From: Macrostomum lignano
Lineage: Eukaryota
NCBI GenBank assembly: GCA_002269645.1
Contig: NIVC01000592.1
Span: 1-64,000 of the forward strand
Direction of reading: 5' to 3'
Length of the DNA: 64,000 bases
Shown: piece by piece, positions 28,601 through 40,612 of the stretch
Layout of the letters: each line of letters starts with the position of its first letter
Position numbering within the stretch: position 1 is the stretch's first letter
Made by a program: the position numbers and the translations under genes
The notes under the pieces: model-generated
Database searches by the model: none
What the model was told of the DNA's origin: nothing
Seen by the model: the letters and a program-made list of their open reading frames with translations, nothing else

Positions 28601-30977
28601 TGTAGTGCACTGCTATTGCGGGTCTCTCCTCCGCTCTCTCACTTTAGCCTTCCCCCACGTGCGTGTACGCCCTCGCACTGTTACGCAACAGTGGCACGTT
28701 GTGCTCATTAGCTCGTTGTGCTCACTACTATATATATGCTTTAAATATACGGCCATGAGAGGCCAACTTCTGCACTTACACAAGCGCACTACAATGGCGT
28801 CGCAAGCAGGATTACCCACACCGCCCCCATTGAACTTGCGCGAGGAGCCTCATGCGGCACATACAAAGTGGAGCAAGTGGCTGGCTCAGTTCCAGCTGTT
28901 CGCCGCGGCCGCTGACATCTCTGATAAGAAGCGACTTCGCCAACTGCTGCTCTACACAGCGGGCGAGGACCTGCAGGCCATTGCAGCCGGACTCGCCGAC
29001 ACCGGCGATGACGTCGACAAGCTAATCCAGGCTCTCAATGAGCACTTCACCAGCCAGCTCAACCTGCCCTTCACACGCTACCAGTTCCGGCTGTGCACCC
29101 AGCAGACCGGGGAGTCCCTGGACGACTGGCTACGGCGGCTCAACGACACCGCGGACTGCTGCAAATTCGAAGGCCTCCGGGACTCGCTGATCCGCGACCA
29201 GCTGATCGCCGGCTGCAGCTCCGAGCAGCTCCGCAGGAAGCTGCTGGCCATGGACAACGTGGACCTGGGCCAGGCAGTCCGGGTGGCCAGGGCCATGGAG
29301 GCAGCGGAGTCGCAGGCCAGCCTCATGGAGACCAGCGCAGCGACCGTGCAGCGGCTGCGCAAGCGCGAGTCCAGCCCGCCAGAGCAGCCGCAGAAAACAT
29401 CCACGCAGACAGCCGATCGCACGCAGCCAAAGTGCATCCGCTGCGGCAACTTCGGCCACCGCAGCTGCAGCGCAGCGGTAGGCAAGACCTGCAACCGATG
29501 CGGCAAGCCGAATCACCTCGCCAAGGCCTGCTTGTCCCGGCCAGAGGACGTGCGAGCACTGCGAGTCGGCAGCGACAGTTCGGGCGAAGAGGACGACGTC
29601 TTCTGCCTGACCGTGATGGCCTCTGACACGAACGCAACAGCGGCTCTTGCCACCGTGCTGGTAGAAGCGACTCCAGTGCAGGTGGTGGTGGACAGCGGAG
29701 CCGACTGTAACATCCTCACCGAGGCAGCCTGGCGAAAGCTCCCGGGGCCCTTAGGCCTGCAGCCGACGACAAAGAGGATCTTTCCATATCGCTCAGCAAA
29801 ACCTCTGCGCACTCTGGGAGTCTGCAGCCTGCGAGTCTCGGTGGGCCCGAGGGTTCAGCGTGCCAGCTTCATCATCGTCCCCGGTAGCGGCATCAGTGTA
29901 CTCGGCCGTGCAACCTCTACATCCCTGCAGCTGCTGAGTCTGGAGACGCAGGCCCGGGCAACGGCCAGAGAGGCTACAAGTCTGACTGATGCTCTTAATG
30001 ACGAGCAACCAGTCCACGACAGAGTATCGCTGCAGCAGCTCAGCACCGGCGAATCCGCATCGGAAGGCCCGACCATCAACAGCATCCGCGAGGCCACTGC
30101 TCGGGACCCGGCTCTGAACTTCGTCATGCAGGCTCTGGCGACTGGCAACTGGCGCTTCGGCGCTACAGCCCAGGCGAGTAGCTTCCACTCGCTCAAGCGA
30201 GAGCTTCTGGTGCGGGACGGCATGCTGCTCAGGGGCGGCAGGATCGTTGTACCCGCAGCGCTTCAGCAGCAGACCATCAGTTGGGCCCACCAGGGTCAAT
30301 TCGGCAGGAGAAAGGCCATCGACCGGCTGCGGAAGGAAGTCTGGTGGCCCGGCATGGTCCGGCAGGCGCAGGCGGCTCTGTCAAGGCGACGCCTGCATCA
30401 GAACTTCGGAGGCGGTGACGCGCGCGAGACACTCCCAGCCGGCCAACAGCGGACGGCAGACACAGCAGGAGACGTTCAGCAGCCGTCAGAGCGCGACTGG
30501 AAGCTGGTGACCAGACGGCGCGCCGCTAATTTCAATCGGCGCTGCGCCAGCAAGTAACCGAAGCTGTGCGATTGGCTATCGGCTGGGCGGCAACACGTCA
30601 GCGAGACACAATGCCACAGCAACACAGCCGGGCTCTATTAATTAAACAAACTACATATGCGCAAATTACATAAATTTACTTAAATGTATCAAATGTTTCA
30701 GTTTTCGTTATGCTTAATCTGCGAAATTATCTAATTCTACTTTCTAATTCTAAAGGGTTTGTACTTTTTTTGGTTGGGGGAGAGATGTAGTGCACTGCTA
30801 TTGCGGGTCTCTCCTCCGCTCTCTCACTTTAGCCTTCCCCACGTGCGTGTACGCCCTCGCACTGTTACGCAACAGTGGCACGTTGTGCTCATTAGCTCGT
30901 TGTGCTCACTACTATATATATGCTTTAAATATACGGCCATGAGAGGCCAACTTCTGCACTTACACAAGCGCACTACA
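28601..30977 (+). mobile_element. Complete-ended Ty3/gypsy-type LTR element lacking RT/RNase H (non-autonomous)
   Basis: LTRs at 28601-28793 and 30786-30977 (TG...CA) differ by one C indel on manual comparison. 5-bp TSD GGCTT on both sides, PBS at 28795-28813, PPT ggggagaga before the 3' LTR. Confidence 0.95.
28794..30557 (+). CDS. Gag-aspartic protease-partial integrase ORF, 587 aa
   Basis: Gag W..W...F.LF motif, two Cys knuckles (CIRCGNFGHRSC; CNRCGKPNHLAKAC), protease VVDSGADCN, and integrase-proximal ELLVRDGMLLRGGRIVVP...WWPGM. No YxDD and no DDE core. Confidence 0.88.
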   Translation: MASQAGLPTPPPLNLREEPHAAHTKWSKWLAQFQLFAAAADISDKKRLRQLLLYTAGEDLQAIAAGLADTGDDVDKLIQALNEHFTSQLNLPFTRYQFRLCTQQTGESLDDWLRRLNDTADCCKFEGLRDSLIRDQLIAGCSSEQLRRKLLAMDNVDLGQAVRVARAMEAAESQASLMETSAATVQRLRKRESSPPEQPQKTSTQTADRTQPKCIRCGNFGHRSCSAAVGKTCNRCGKPNHLAKACLSRPEDVRALRVGSDSSGEEDDVFCLTVMASDTNATAALATVLVEATPVQVVVDSGADCNILTEAAWRKLPGPLGLQPTTKRIFPYRSAKPLRTLGVCSLRVSVGPRVQRASFIIVPGSGISVLGRATSTSLQLLSLETQARATAREATSLTDALNDEQPVHDRVSLQQLSTGESASEGPTINSIREATARDPALNFVMQALATGNWRFGATAQASSFHSLKRELLVRDGMLLRGGRIVVPAALQQQTISWAHQGQFGRRKAIDRLRKEVWWPGMVRQAQAALSRRRLHQNFGGGDARETLPAGQQRTADTAGDVQQPSERDWKLVTRRRAANFNRRCASK

Positions 30978-32829
30978 GGCTTTTTCACTGTTTTCAGTGA
31001 TTTATGGCGGCCTAGCTGTCACTTTTGGCTCCAGCCTGTCTGGGTCAAAGAGGTCTCTCCAGCTTTCTCCCCACTCGCTCTGTTACTTTCTCCTTTGATT
31101 TATGGGCGTTTTGCTGTCACTTTTGGCGCCAGGATGTCTAGACAAGGGACTTTTATTGCGTTTCGCTCATGATTTATGACCGCACCTGTCAACTTCCCTG
31201 GGGTCTGAAGGCCACCTGGCAGGATGGGTTTTGGGGTTTTGAGCTCAGCCAATCAGAGTCGACCTGACTGCCCTTGGCTCGACCAATCAGAAAATTCGGC
31301 GCCTTTTTTAACAAAAGCTCTTAGCCAATCAGAAAATTCGGCGTGCGTTATAACAAATCGGCCGCGTGAGAGCTATAAAAGGCGGCAACTCGAACCGCGC
31401 TCGAGGTTACCGGGTCATTATCCCTACCTTGGCCTTGGCCAGACCTGCCGACCTTATCCCCTTCGGCTTCGGAAATTCTTCGACGTCTGATCCCCCTTCC
31501 CCGGCAGTTTCGGCTTCACCAGCTAAGTTCCCCTTGAGAGGTTTCACCAGTACTTCTCGGCCGTGAACAAAGGGCAGCAACAGCAATCTGCAGGTGAAGA
31601 GTAACGGCGGCACTCGTCAGTTAAGATCAGCAGCAGCATCCCATCTGAGCGCTTCGGTCTCTGTGGATTTCTTGGCCACCGGCAGATAGGTCCTCTGATT
31701 GGTTGGGTGAGAGGCTTTCTTGACCTGCTAAACTGGGTGCGCCCTTTGTCTGACCCCTTCCTAGGTAGTCTGATAGGATTTGCACTTTTGCTTACTTGCT
31801 TTTGTGTGTCGAGCTCGAGGCAGAAGTGTCAGTTAATATTAAAAGTAGCCATTCGCTCTAACTCAATTTAAAGTGTTTAGGATTGCGGATTAAGTGAGAA
31901 ATTTAAACCTGGAAGTTAAAGACTTAACGTTTTCTTTCTTTTTCGCAATGCCAGCTAAGATGAGCGGCTAGACCTAGAGGCAGGGGTCACAGTGAACCGG
32001 AAGCGACACAGTTCCCAGTCAATCAGTCGATCTAAGAAAACATGATAAGCATGCAAATTAAGTGCCAGACTGGTGCTTTCGCGCGGTCTCAGGCAGCTAA
32101 GCGGCTAAAACGAGTTAAATGTTAGTCTAAAGATCTCCAAAAGTAACAATGCACCTACATCATCGCTATCTGTCGACGTGTTAACACATTTAGTGCCAAA
32201 AGCGTGCAGTCACGTGTACGGATACATGTACTTCTGGGAATTTGGTAATGAAATAGTACTTTTAGTTGTGTACCGGTATGAAGGCTCGCCAGCGCAAGAA
32301 CCCCCTGCAAAAGTCCTCTCTGTCCCTGCATGGCCAATGTGATCTTAGTCCCAGCAGCGTCCCTTCTATTCGGCTATGACTTCGAGATTTAGACAGCTAA
32401 AAGACACTAGATGGCAGGTAAGTGCAGTGCCCCTCTAGTCGGAAGTCCGATTTCGATAGTTCCGGTTTGGTGAGCCGGGGCGCACGGACTGGTGGCAGCG
32501 GGTTAGTTAATCTGCGGATTAGCTAATCTCTACCTTTCAAATTCTCCCTGCTTGTCTCTCGCTGTCTTCTCTTAGCTATAGGACCTTGTTGCTCGCCCAC
32601 AATCTAGCTACCATGGGGCTGACCATCTGACAGGAGTGAGAGGCCAGAGTTCTAAGTGATTCATTTCTGAGTTCTGAGGCCCGAAGCTATAGGCTTAAAA
32701 AGGCCGAACCCATCATATAGCTGAAATTCATTTAACAAAAAACATTTACAGACCATTTAAAGTTGGTTTATTATGCAGTAAAGTAGTGAGTAATCATTAA
32801 TATATGCCCCATTAATTATATTGTCAGTA

Positions 32830-35229
32830 TCATGACGTAGCGAGAAACCCCAAACAGCCTCTAAACAGTGTAGAGGCCCAAGCAGGCTGAGTTGCTAGTA
32901 TATGGAACTGAGTCGCGACCAGACTGACCGCCATGCACACTGCGCAGACTTCGGACACGGCAAAGAATAGCCTGTCAGCAGCGCATAAAACGGCGGCCCA
33001 TTCGTTGCTCCTCTGTTTTACCTGAGCTCCACTGACTGATGAAGATTGCAGCTGAGACTCCTCGGCTATTGTCGGCTGCGAGCTTCTCACGAATCTGTTA
33101 AGGAAGAGAGCTCGGATGAGCCGATTGTTCACCGGAGCGCCGCTCTTCATTGCGAATTGGCAGTTGAGCACGAATGCGTTGCAGAACACGTTCAGAATTG
33201 TCATTAGCAGCGTCACGCTGAAGTACCAAGCTGCAATGAGAGAAATCATCAAGTTAGTTACTCTAAAACAAATTGATGCATTGGAACTCTAAGAGATAAA
33301 ATAGGTGTCGATCTGAGATAGAAGAGCGTATATATCAGAACCAATGATGCTGGGGGAGGAGGGGTTTCAGCAGTTTTTCTGAAATCGAAGAAGCTTTGTG
33401 CATTGGACTCACTGATGAGCGGCACGGACTCGCTCTGAGCAGGCGTGTAGTCGCCAGCCAGCTGCAGGAACACGCACATTGACAGCAAGATGGTGACGCT
33501 GAACGACACTCGCTCGCCGCACTCGGGCGGCAGGCGAAAGACGAGCGCAGCGATGGCAAGGAGAAGCACGCTGGGCAGCATCAGGTTCACCACGTAGAAT
33601 GTTGATCTCCGCTGCGGCAAGATTGTTAAAAAATTAATTTATGAGTATTTACCAGCTAGTCCAGGTTCGAAAATTCTAGTCATAACCCGTACCGCAATCC
33701 GACGTCGGTCGATATTTCCCGACGTTTTTCGACGTCTATGACAAATATGAACTTTAACATTGCAACGACGTTCAGCCGACGTATTTTGGACGTCGTTATC
33801 CGTTCGATGTAATGTAAAAGTACATGGCTGTCATAGACGTTGAAAGAGGTCGGGAAGGTCGGCCGACGTCGGATTGCGGTGCGGGTAAGAATTAATAATT
33901 GTAATATTATTCCAGTCACCTGAAAAGTGACGCCTAAGATTGCGGTAGTAGTTAAAAAAACCGGGTCAGCTTCCATGACAGCGCTGAGCACGCAGTACTC
34001 GTTGTTGCTGAACATGTAGGAGGCCACAGCATCGCTTGGAGTGACTGGCTGAACAACAAGCCGCAAGTTCTTTGGAATTTGCATCCAGGTCGAGATCCTA
34101 GTTCTACAGGTCTGCGTATCGAATGGAAAGCGGAACATCAGCATCTGGCACTTCAAAGTGATGCTGACGTCAGAGGCTTTCATGACTGATCCGTTGTTGT
34201 GCACCAAAAGCTGCGAACTGTCGGTTGACAGGAACTTAATATCGAGACTGGAATTTTATTACGAGCGTATAATTGTTATTATCAAATGCGCACGTTGAGA
34301 GGGAAAGTTAAAAATAGAGAAAGCTAGTAAAAAGTTTTTATACATGTACGACGTAACGGGAGTAAAAATGAAGTCTCATGCGCACACAGAGCTAGGGGTA
34401 TTCAAGCTTATTTTTTCGTTTTCCGTGTTTAAAATATATTACTGTACAAAATTTCCAACTACACTTAAACATGAAAATAAACGTTACTTTCTCTCCCACA
34501 TAACGCTTTGGACAGGTCCTGTTCTCGTAAAGGATCTTTTCGGTCCCGCAGTCTTCATTATATCACATGCCAGTTTATGGTTCATATGCAGTACAGTCGC
34601 AATTAAACAAAAATGGCGTTAGTGCTGTCTTACACGTTGTTTACTATAAGGTCCGGCTGCCACACCAGTTCAGCTGGCAAATTGATGGAGTCCAAGCTAT
34701 TCAAACTGGAGTTCCGCTTGCCATACCACGACAGGCGTCGATCCAATCTCAAGAAAATTTACCTGCACTATCCACAGTCGAAGCGAAACCTCTTGAGCCG
34801 CCGAGTCCTGCAAAAGATGCAACAGCTGGATACATTACCGTGTTTGGGTAAATGAGTTGATCCTTCGATCTCAGATCAATGAATCTCTTTTGTGAAACAA
34901 AAAGCAAAGCATGATTCAATGTGGTTTAATATAATGTCAGCAGTCAGCACTTGCACTTGCGAATATCAACAATGAAAACTGACAAGGTGGTGGGGCCCAC
35001 CCCCCCTGCTCACCACTCTGGCCAAGCTGGTCAGGTAGGCAAATATCTGCACTGTGTTTGCGGACCCATTGTCGGGTGGCGGGCGTACGGCTTTGTTGTA
35101 CTCCGTCCTGAAATTCAGCGCATCGAACACAGCCTGATCCAGAAAAACTTCAGAGGGCTCCGTACCGAATGCGCCACTGAAGAGCGAGGGGGCGACCTGA
35201 AAAAAGACGACAAGGCCCAGTAAGCCCAT
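32830..35229 (-). CDS. Cys-loop ligand-gated ion channel subunit (nAChR-like, cation-type, non-alpha); exons ~35229-35014, 34807-34763, ~34745-34634, 34247-33920, 33611-33413, 33230-32830
   Basis: Signal-like N-terminus, YNKAVRP, WQPDL, Cys-loop CQMLMFRFPFDTQTC, and RRSTFY-M1, PPECGERVSFSVTILL (M2), M3, M4. No vicinal CC. One junction near 34762 is anomalous. Confidence 0.85.
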
Positions 35230-36776
35230 GCTGGATAGTCGGGCAGGCGCTGGAGAGAATGGACCAAAATTTCATGGTTTGTCAAGGATTTTATGCCAGC
35301 ATTATTTACTATGAGAAATACTTCTGGGCCGGCTGGTGTTCTTGGATTTCAGGAGTTTATCAAGATAGCAAATCAAACACTGCTCTGTATGCAGTATTTG
35401 CCTCTTCAACAGACTTTCTAGTCTAGCCTACACAGTCGGCAGGATGCTGTCCCCCTTCAACCTGCCTCTTCTAGAGAAAATCAATATAGCTCGTAAAATC
35501 CATCATAAGAACTTACCTACGCTCGTACGAGTGAATTCTTTCGAAGAGTCTCATGTGAATAGACCCCTTAGATACACGTAATTTATTTGATGAATTCAGC
35601 AAAGGAAACCGGCGTTTTGTATGGCTGCGTGATGTGCGTGTGTGACACTGTATTGCCTGTCAGGTGAAGTCGCAGACGACGGTCACAGCTAGTGCAGGAG
35701 ATGCTGCCTCTGATGCTACAGGCCACCCTATACTGGCGGGGACAGGCGCGCACTTGGCTCCAAATTCTGTCATTGAATTACTTTAAAATACATCGCACCA
35801 ATTCTTTGCAGTCTATGTGTTCAAATTGCTTTGATTTGGGACCAAATTATATTATAATTTAATGGTCCTCCTCGTACAGGACCCATTAACGCAGACACAC
35901 GAATTTCAAAAACACGGACTAAATTTTTTCGCGCACCTTCTCAAATAAGAATTAAGTCTCAGCCCTCCAGACCGTCGAGACAGGCAACGATTTAAAGGTC
36001 GGATTCTTCCCTTAAGCGCTAGTGTATTCAATGTTCAGCACTGCTTCTCAGTGCAGCCTTGACGAAGACATATGTCTCAATTAGCTCTGACTTTAGTTGG
36101 TCAATGGCTTTCACCAAGGTGGCCCCAGGTGACTATGAACACCCTGTTGCAAATTTCCCTGATGTCTCAGATCAAGCCTCAACTGCTAGGCATCCCCAGC
36201 CAGTCTCTCAAGTATTCAGTCGTCATTCAGACGTCGTCGCCTCCTTTAACGGATGGCACCAAGGTTTCGATCGGTTTCAGAAGTTCCTGTTTCTAAATAT
36301 TTTGCCCGAAGCGTAATGTGTATCAGTTTCCCACTGAGAATTCCATTGGAGAAGTTCGACACGCTCACATGAAGAAGCGAAGCCATGACAACATCACATT
36401 TGAGATTGCAATAGACTGTCAGATAATAAAATATTTTTCAGGTATGAGCTGATTTTATTTAGATGGAGAACAGTTTCCTCGTATAAAATAATATTTTTAA
36501 GAAGCTTAAATCAACTTTTTGTAGATAGGTTGGGATGCAGTTCTGGGGGTTGGGATTGGGTTTTGAAGGCTGTGACGCTTTGAGTTTGCATATTAGATTA
36601 TTTAAAAAAGAAAAATTATACTTCTGTTTTTGCAGAAATCTCGATCGGCAAAAAAAATTCTCGTAGAATTATTAAAAATTCTCTGATTTTCTGAACAAAA
36701 AAAGCAACATCGGTTTTCCCGTGAAGACTAAACGTAGTAGATTAACTTCAGTAGATAAACCATGGCAGCCTAAAAT

Positions 36777-38115
36777 TCACACCTGCAGCATCATCCGCAT
36801 CTCACGGAAAGCCTTGTAGCTTCCAATGCAAGCCGAGGCCATGTAGGAGGAACCGGATGTCTGGCTGGCTGAGTACACACCGTTCGGGTTGGAGTTCATG
36901 CAAGATTTCCACCAGTAGCCGCCGCTCCCATAGTTGGTGCTGCAGCTGGTGGAGGAAGCGTCGTTGTCCCTATCGAAGGTGGAGAACTGCTGGCCCCGAG
37001 CCGTCGACAAAAAGTCGCAGCTCATGGTAGAGTTGGCGCTGAGGAAGCTGCCGAAGTTCATCCTGTAGTTCGTGCTGGAATTCCCAACAGTGAAGCCGAG
37101 CCACTCGAACGCGTAGAACTCTCCATCGAAAGTCAGGATCTCGACTCGCAGGTTTCTCGGGCTGGTTGCAGTCACATTGTGGATGCTTTCGAGGCCTGAA
37201 GTTTTGACAGGAACTTGTTAACTCTTCAATATGATCTGTTATGAAGAGCCACACCCTCACGAGCCAATATACTCTCGAACTTTCACAGTTCAAATGTAAA
37301 ATTTCAATAAAACGGCAATGCCTTGCTTTTGAAACTGAAGACACTCACCAGCCCAGAACTCCGTGGCATTCCCGAAGCCGCTGACGTAGTCATTCCAGTT
37401 CCTGTTGAAGGCGATTTGACCCGTCTGTCTCTGCTGGAACACCCAGAATGTCCGGCCGCCGATCTGCCGCAGGCATCCGAGAGCCCCGATCAGCATGCCA
37501 GTCGGGTTGCTTGAACTCATTCCGGTGGCCTCGGTAGTTTCAGACGTTTCAGTAGCTTCAGATGTTCCGGTAGTTTCCGGCGTTTCTTCATCCGTTTCAG
37601 GTGATCCGGTAGGTTCAGAAATTCTGGTAGTTTCAGTAGCTTCGATGTTAGCTGTTGCGTCTGGAGTTCAAATAGTACAGCATTGAAAGCATTGAAAGTC
37701 GGTTAAAAGGATAATCTGAACTTTAGTTACTCACCCGGTGCAGCGCGCATCCGGAAAACGGTTGCAGCACCGGATGCGGCGCAGTCAGCATTGTCGGATA
37801 GGACGCAGACTCCGTTGATGAAGCTGTAGGAGAGGCTGTCGCCGGCCTGAGCGCATTGCGCAGCGCATTCGATGTCGCTGCGAGCGCTCACCGTGACCGA
37901 GCTGGCATCGCAGGAGGCTTTCGCGGTGACCACGTCAAATTCGATGCTGGCGATGTTGTTGTTCAAGTCTGTATTGAAATTTGTTACCGGACCGTATTTG
38001 AGTTGTTACGAGTATTAAGTATTTAATGATCGCTTAACAAACCGGACCTGAACTCACCTGAGGCAGCTGCAAAGGCAGCAAAAAACTGCAGACTGAGAAA
38101 AGCAAGGAGTTTCAT
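36777..38115 (-). CDS. Secreted PAN/apple-like + Thr/Glu-rich linker + fibrinogen C-terminal (FReD) protein, copy 1 (intact); exons 38115-38058, 37968-37735, 37660-37349, 37195-36777
   Basis: Signal peptide MKLLAFLSLQFFAAFAAAS, CAAQC..C..C module, WVFQQR...FNRNWNDYVSGFG...EFWAGLESIH, and FSTFDRDND...C...GGYWW..C..SNPNG. Phase-1 junctions are consistent. Confidence 0.88.
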
Positions 38116-38732
38116 TTCTTCAGGGACAATTTCAATTATTTTCTTTCTGTTGCTTTCTTCCAGGCAACTGGCCTTGTTCTTCTTCTGCTTAAATGCAGCT
38201 TGGCTTTCTTGCGTTTCTGTCACGGCCGATGGCTCAGGCTTTATCTGCCTGGCTGAGCCTGCGAACAATGTCCTCATCCCAAACTTCTTGGCTCTCATGG
38301 CAGTGAGAGATGCGAGATGAGCTTCTTGACAACCGGCCTTCTAGCAACTGGTGCCTGCAGAGTGGGCCCAGGCGATACCCTCTGGAACACAGAAATAATG
38401 TCTCACGCAGTCGCCACGCTTTATTGCCATTGCGGAAACGTGCAGATATTAAACTGTCTGAATAGAATTTATTGCTGTCAGAGCAGACATGAGAGTTGGG
38501 CAGAAGTGCTGATCGAAGAGTAGAATTCATTGCATGTCTGGTTATTGATTAAACATTGAGGCTGCTGCATGCTTCCCTAGGACACTTTATTGATTTCGTA
38601 GAGTGAAAGCCTTGCTCTGACTTAACCAGAAAATACAGGTGATTTCTCTTCCAAATAAAATTTGAGACAGATCTCTCTCAGCATGACTGTTGGCACAAAT
38701 TTTTAAAATCAAAATTACATGACAGTGCAGCA

Positions 38733-39050
38733 GAGAGCGGAGCAGCTCAGCGGTAAACGCGTCCGATTCTCGAGCAACGACCCCGGGTTCGATTCCGTGC
38801 GCGGCCGCATTCTTTGGGGCTTGTGCACGAAATTGGAAGAGGGGGTTTTCGCCAGGGTGCTTACAACCCTCCTGCAAACGTTAAATTTAAACGACAGTGC
38901 AGACCGAATGAGGACAAGCCGCTACCCTGAGAGCAGTCTGTGCCTCTGGAGAATCCGTGAGTGCATTTATGCGGCTTTGAAAAGGGCAAGCAATTACTGG
39001 AGTGAGGGATAGAGACTTACGTCCAGAAACAGCCAAAGCAATTTTTGCGA
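38733..39050 (+). mobile_element. Probable tRNA-derived SINE of a second family
   Basis: A-box-like AGCTCAGCGGTAA and B-box GGTTCGATTCC, but the T-stem and acceptor stem do not pair as in a true tRNA. The 3' end is approximate. Confidence 0.45.
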
Positions 39051-39268
39051 GCCCGTATTCCAATAGTAAAAATCTTGTACAAGTTTAGGCTTGAATTTTG
39101 GGCGGAGATGCTAAACGTAATGTTTAAAGCGATATTCGTACTCTTTAAAAATGGGTACGTTGTATTCTCGAAGATACAAACTATAAAGGACGAAACTTAA
39201 AAAAATTGCTATCAAAATGCGTCCTCGCGTTTGTTGACAGAATTGCTGTTGGAGGCTGTTAATAGAAT

Positions 39269-40194
39269 TGGTTGCATTCGGAGTGGTTGCATTCGGAGTG
39301 GTTGCATTCGGAGTGGTTGCATTCGGAGTGGTTGCATTCGGAGTGGTTGCATTCGGAGTGGTTGCATTCGGAGTGGTTGCATTCGGAGTGGTTGCATTCG
39401 GAGTGGTTGCATTCGGAGTGGTTGCATTCGGAGTGGTTGCATTCGGAGTGGTTGCATTCGGAGTGGTTGCATTCGGAGTGGTTGCATTCGGAGTGGTTGC
39501 ATTCGGAGTGGTTGCATTCGGAGTGGTTGCATTCGGAGTGGTTGCATTCGGAGTGGTTGCATTCGGAGTGGTTGCATTCGGAGTGGTTGCATTCGGAGTG
39601 GTTGCATTCGGAGTGGTTGCATTCGGAGTGGTTGCATTCGGAGTGGTTGCATTCGGAGTGGTTGCATTCGGAGTGGTTGCATTCGGAGTGGTTGCATTCG
39701 GAGTGGTTGCATTCGGAGTGGTTGCATTCGGAGTGGTTGCATTCGGAGTGGTTGCATTCGGAGTGGTTGCATTCGGAGTGGTTGCATTCGGAGTGGTTGC
39801 ATTCGGAGTGGTTGCATTCGGAGTGGTTGCATTCGGAGTGGTTGCATTCGGAGTGGTTGCATTCGGAGTGGTTGCATTCGGAGTGGTTGCATTCGGAGTG
39901 GTTGCATTCGGAGTGGTTGCATTCGGAGTGGTTGCATTCGGAGTGGTTGCATTCGGAGTGGTTGCATTCGGAGTGGTTGCATTCGGAGTGGTTGCATTCG
40001 GAGTGGTTGCATTCGGAGTGGTTGCATTCGGAGTGGTTGCATTCGGAGTGGTTGCATTCGGAGTGGTTGCATTCGGAGTGGTTGCATTCGGAGTGGTTGC
40101 ATTCGGAGTGGTTGCATTCGGAGTGGTTGCATTCGGAGTGGTTGCATTCGGAGTGGTTGCATTCGGAGTGGTTGCATTCGGAGTGGTTGCATTC
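39269..40194. repeat. Perfect 15-bp tandem array (gttgcattcggagtg), ~62 copies
   Basis: No variant units seen. Confidence 0.98.
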
Positions 40195-40612
40195 TTCGAA
40201 ATTTTCCAACCAAGTTTAATTAATTCCAATTAAGCAAAAACATAACTTCTATTGAATGCGGCTCAACAAAGTTTTTTTTCAAAGCCGAAAAATTTTCGAG
40301 CGACGCATCGAAGTAAAATCAGATGTTCATTTTGTTACTAGTTGGTGAATAAATGAAAATATGCTTTCTCTATTGCAGTAAAGTCGATCCTCTAATACGA
40401 CAACGCAGGAGTGACTCGCCGCAGATTATTTTGTTCAAATCATTGATAATTAACAGGAATTCGGATAATACGCTCGTAGTTAAAGCGCTGATATCAGAAA
40501 AATGGAGTCATATCGATATTTAACCTGAAACCGTGAGCGTCATAATGCTGGTCCTGCAGTCAGACAAATCAGCTACACCCATGAGACTTTGCGTCTGTCA
40601 TCTCCACAGTCT

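Noticed and set aside
32655-32712. Hammerhead-ribozyme-like CTGA GGCC...GGCC GAAC
   Set aside because: The core lacks CUGANGA and GAAA, and no stems I or III were found.
38733-38810. Possible tRNA gene
   Set aside because: A and B boxes are present, but the acceptor and T stems do not pair. Treated as a SINE head.
39111-40229. (NATTP)n mucin-like membrane protein ORF
   Set aside because: TTG start, no signal peptide or splice support, and all six frames are open simply because the 15-mer has no stop codon.
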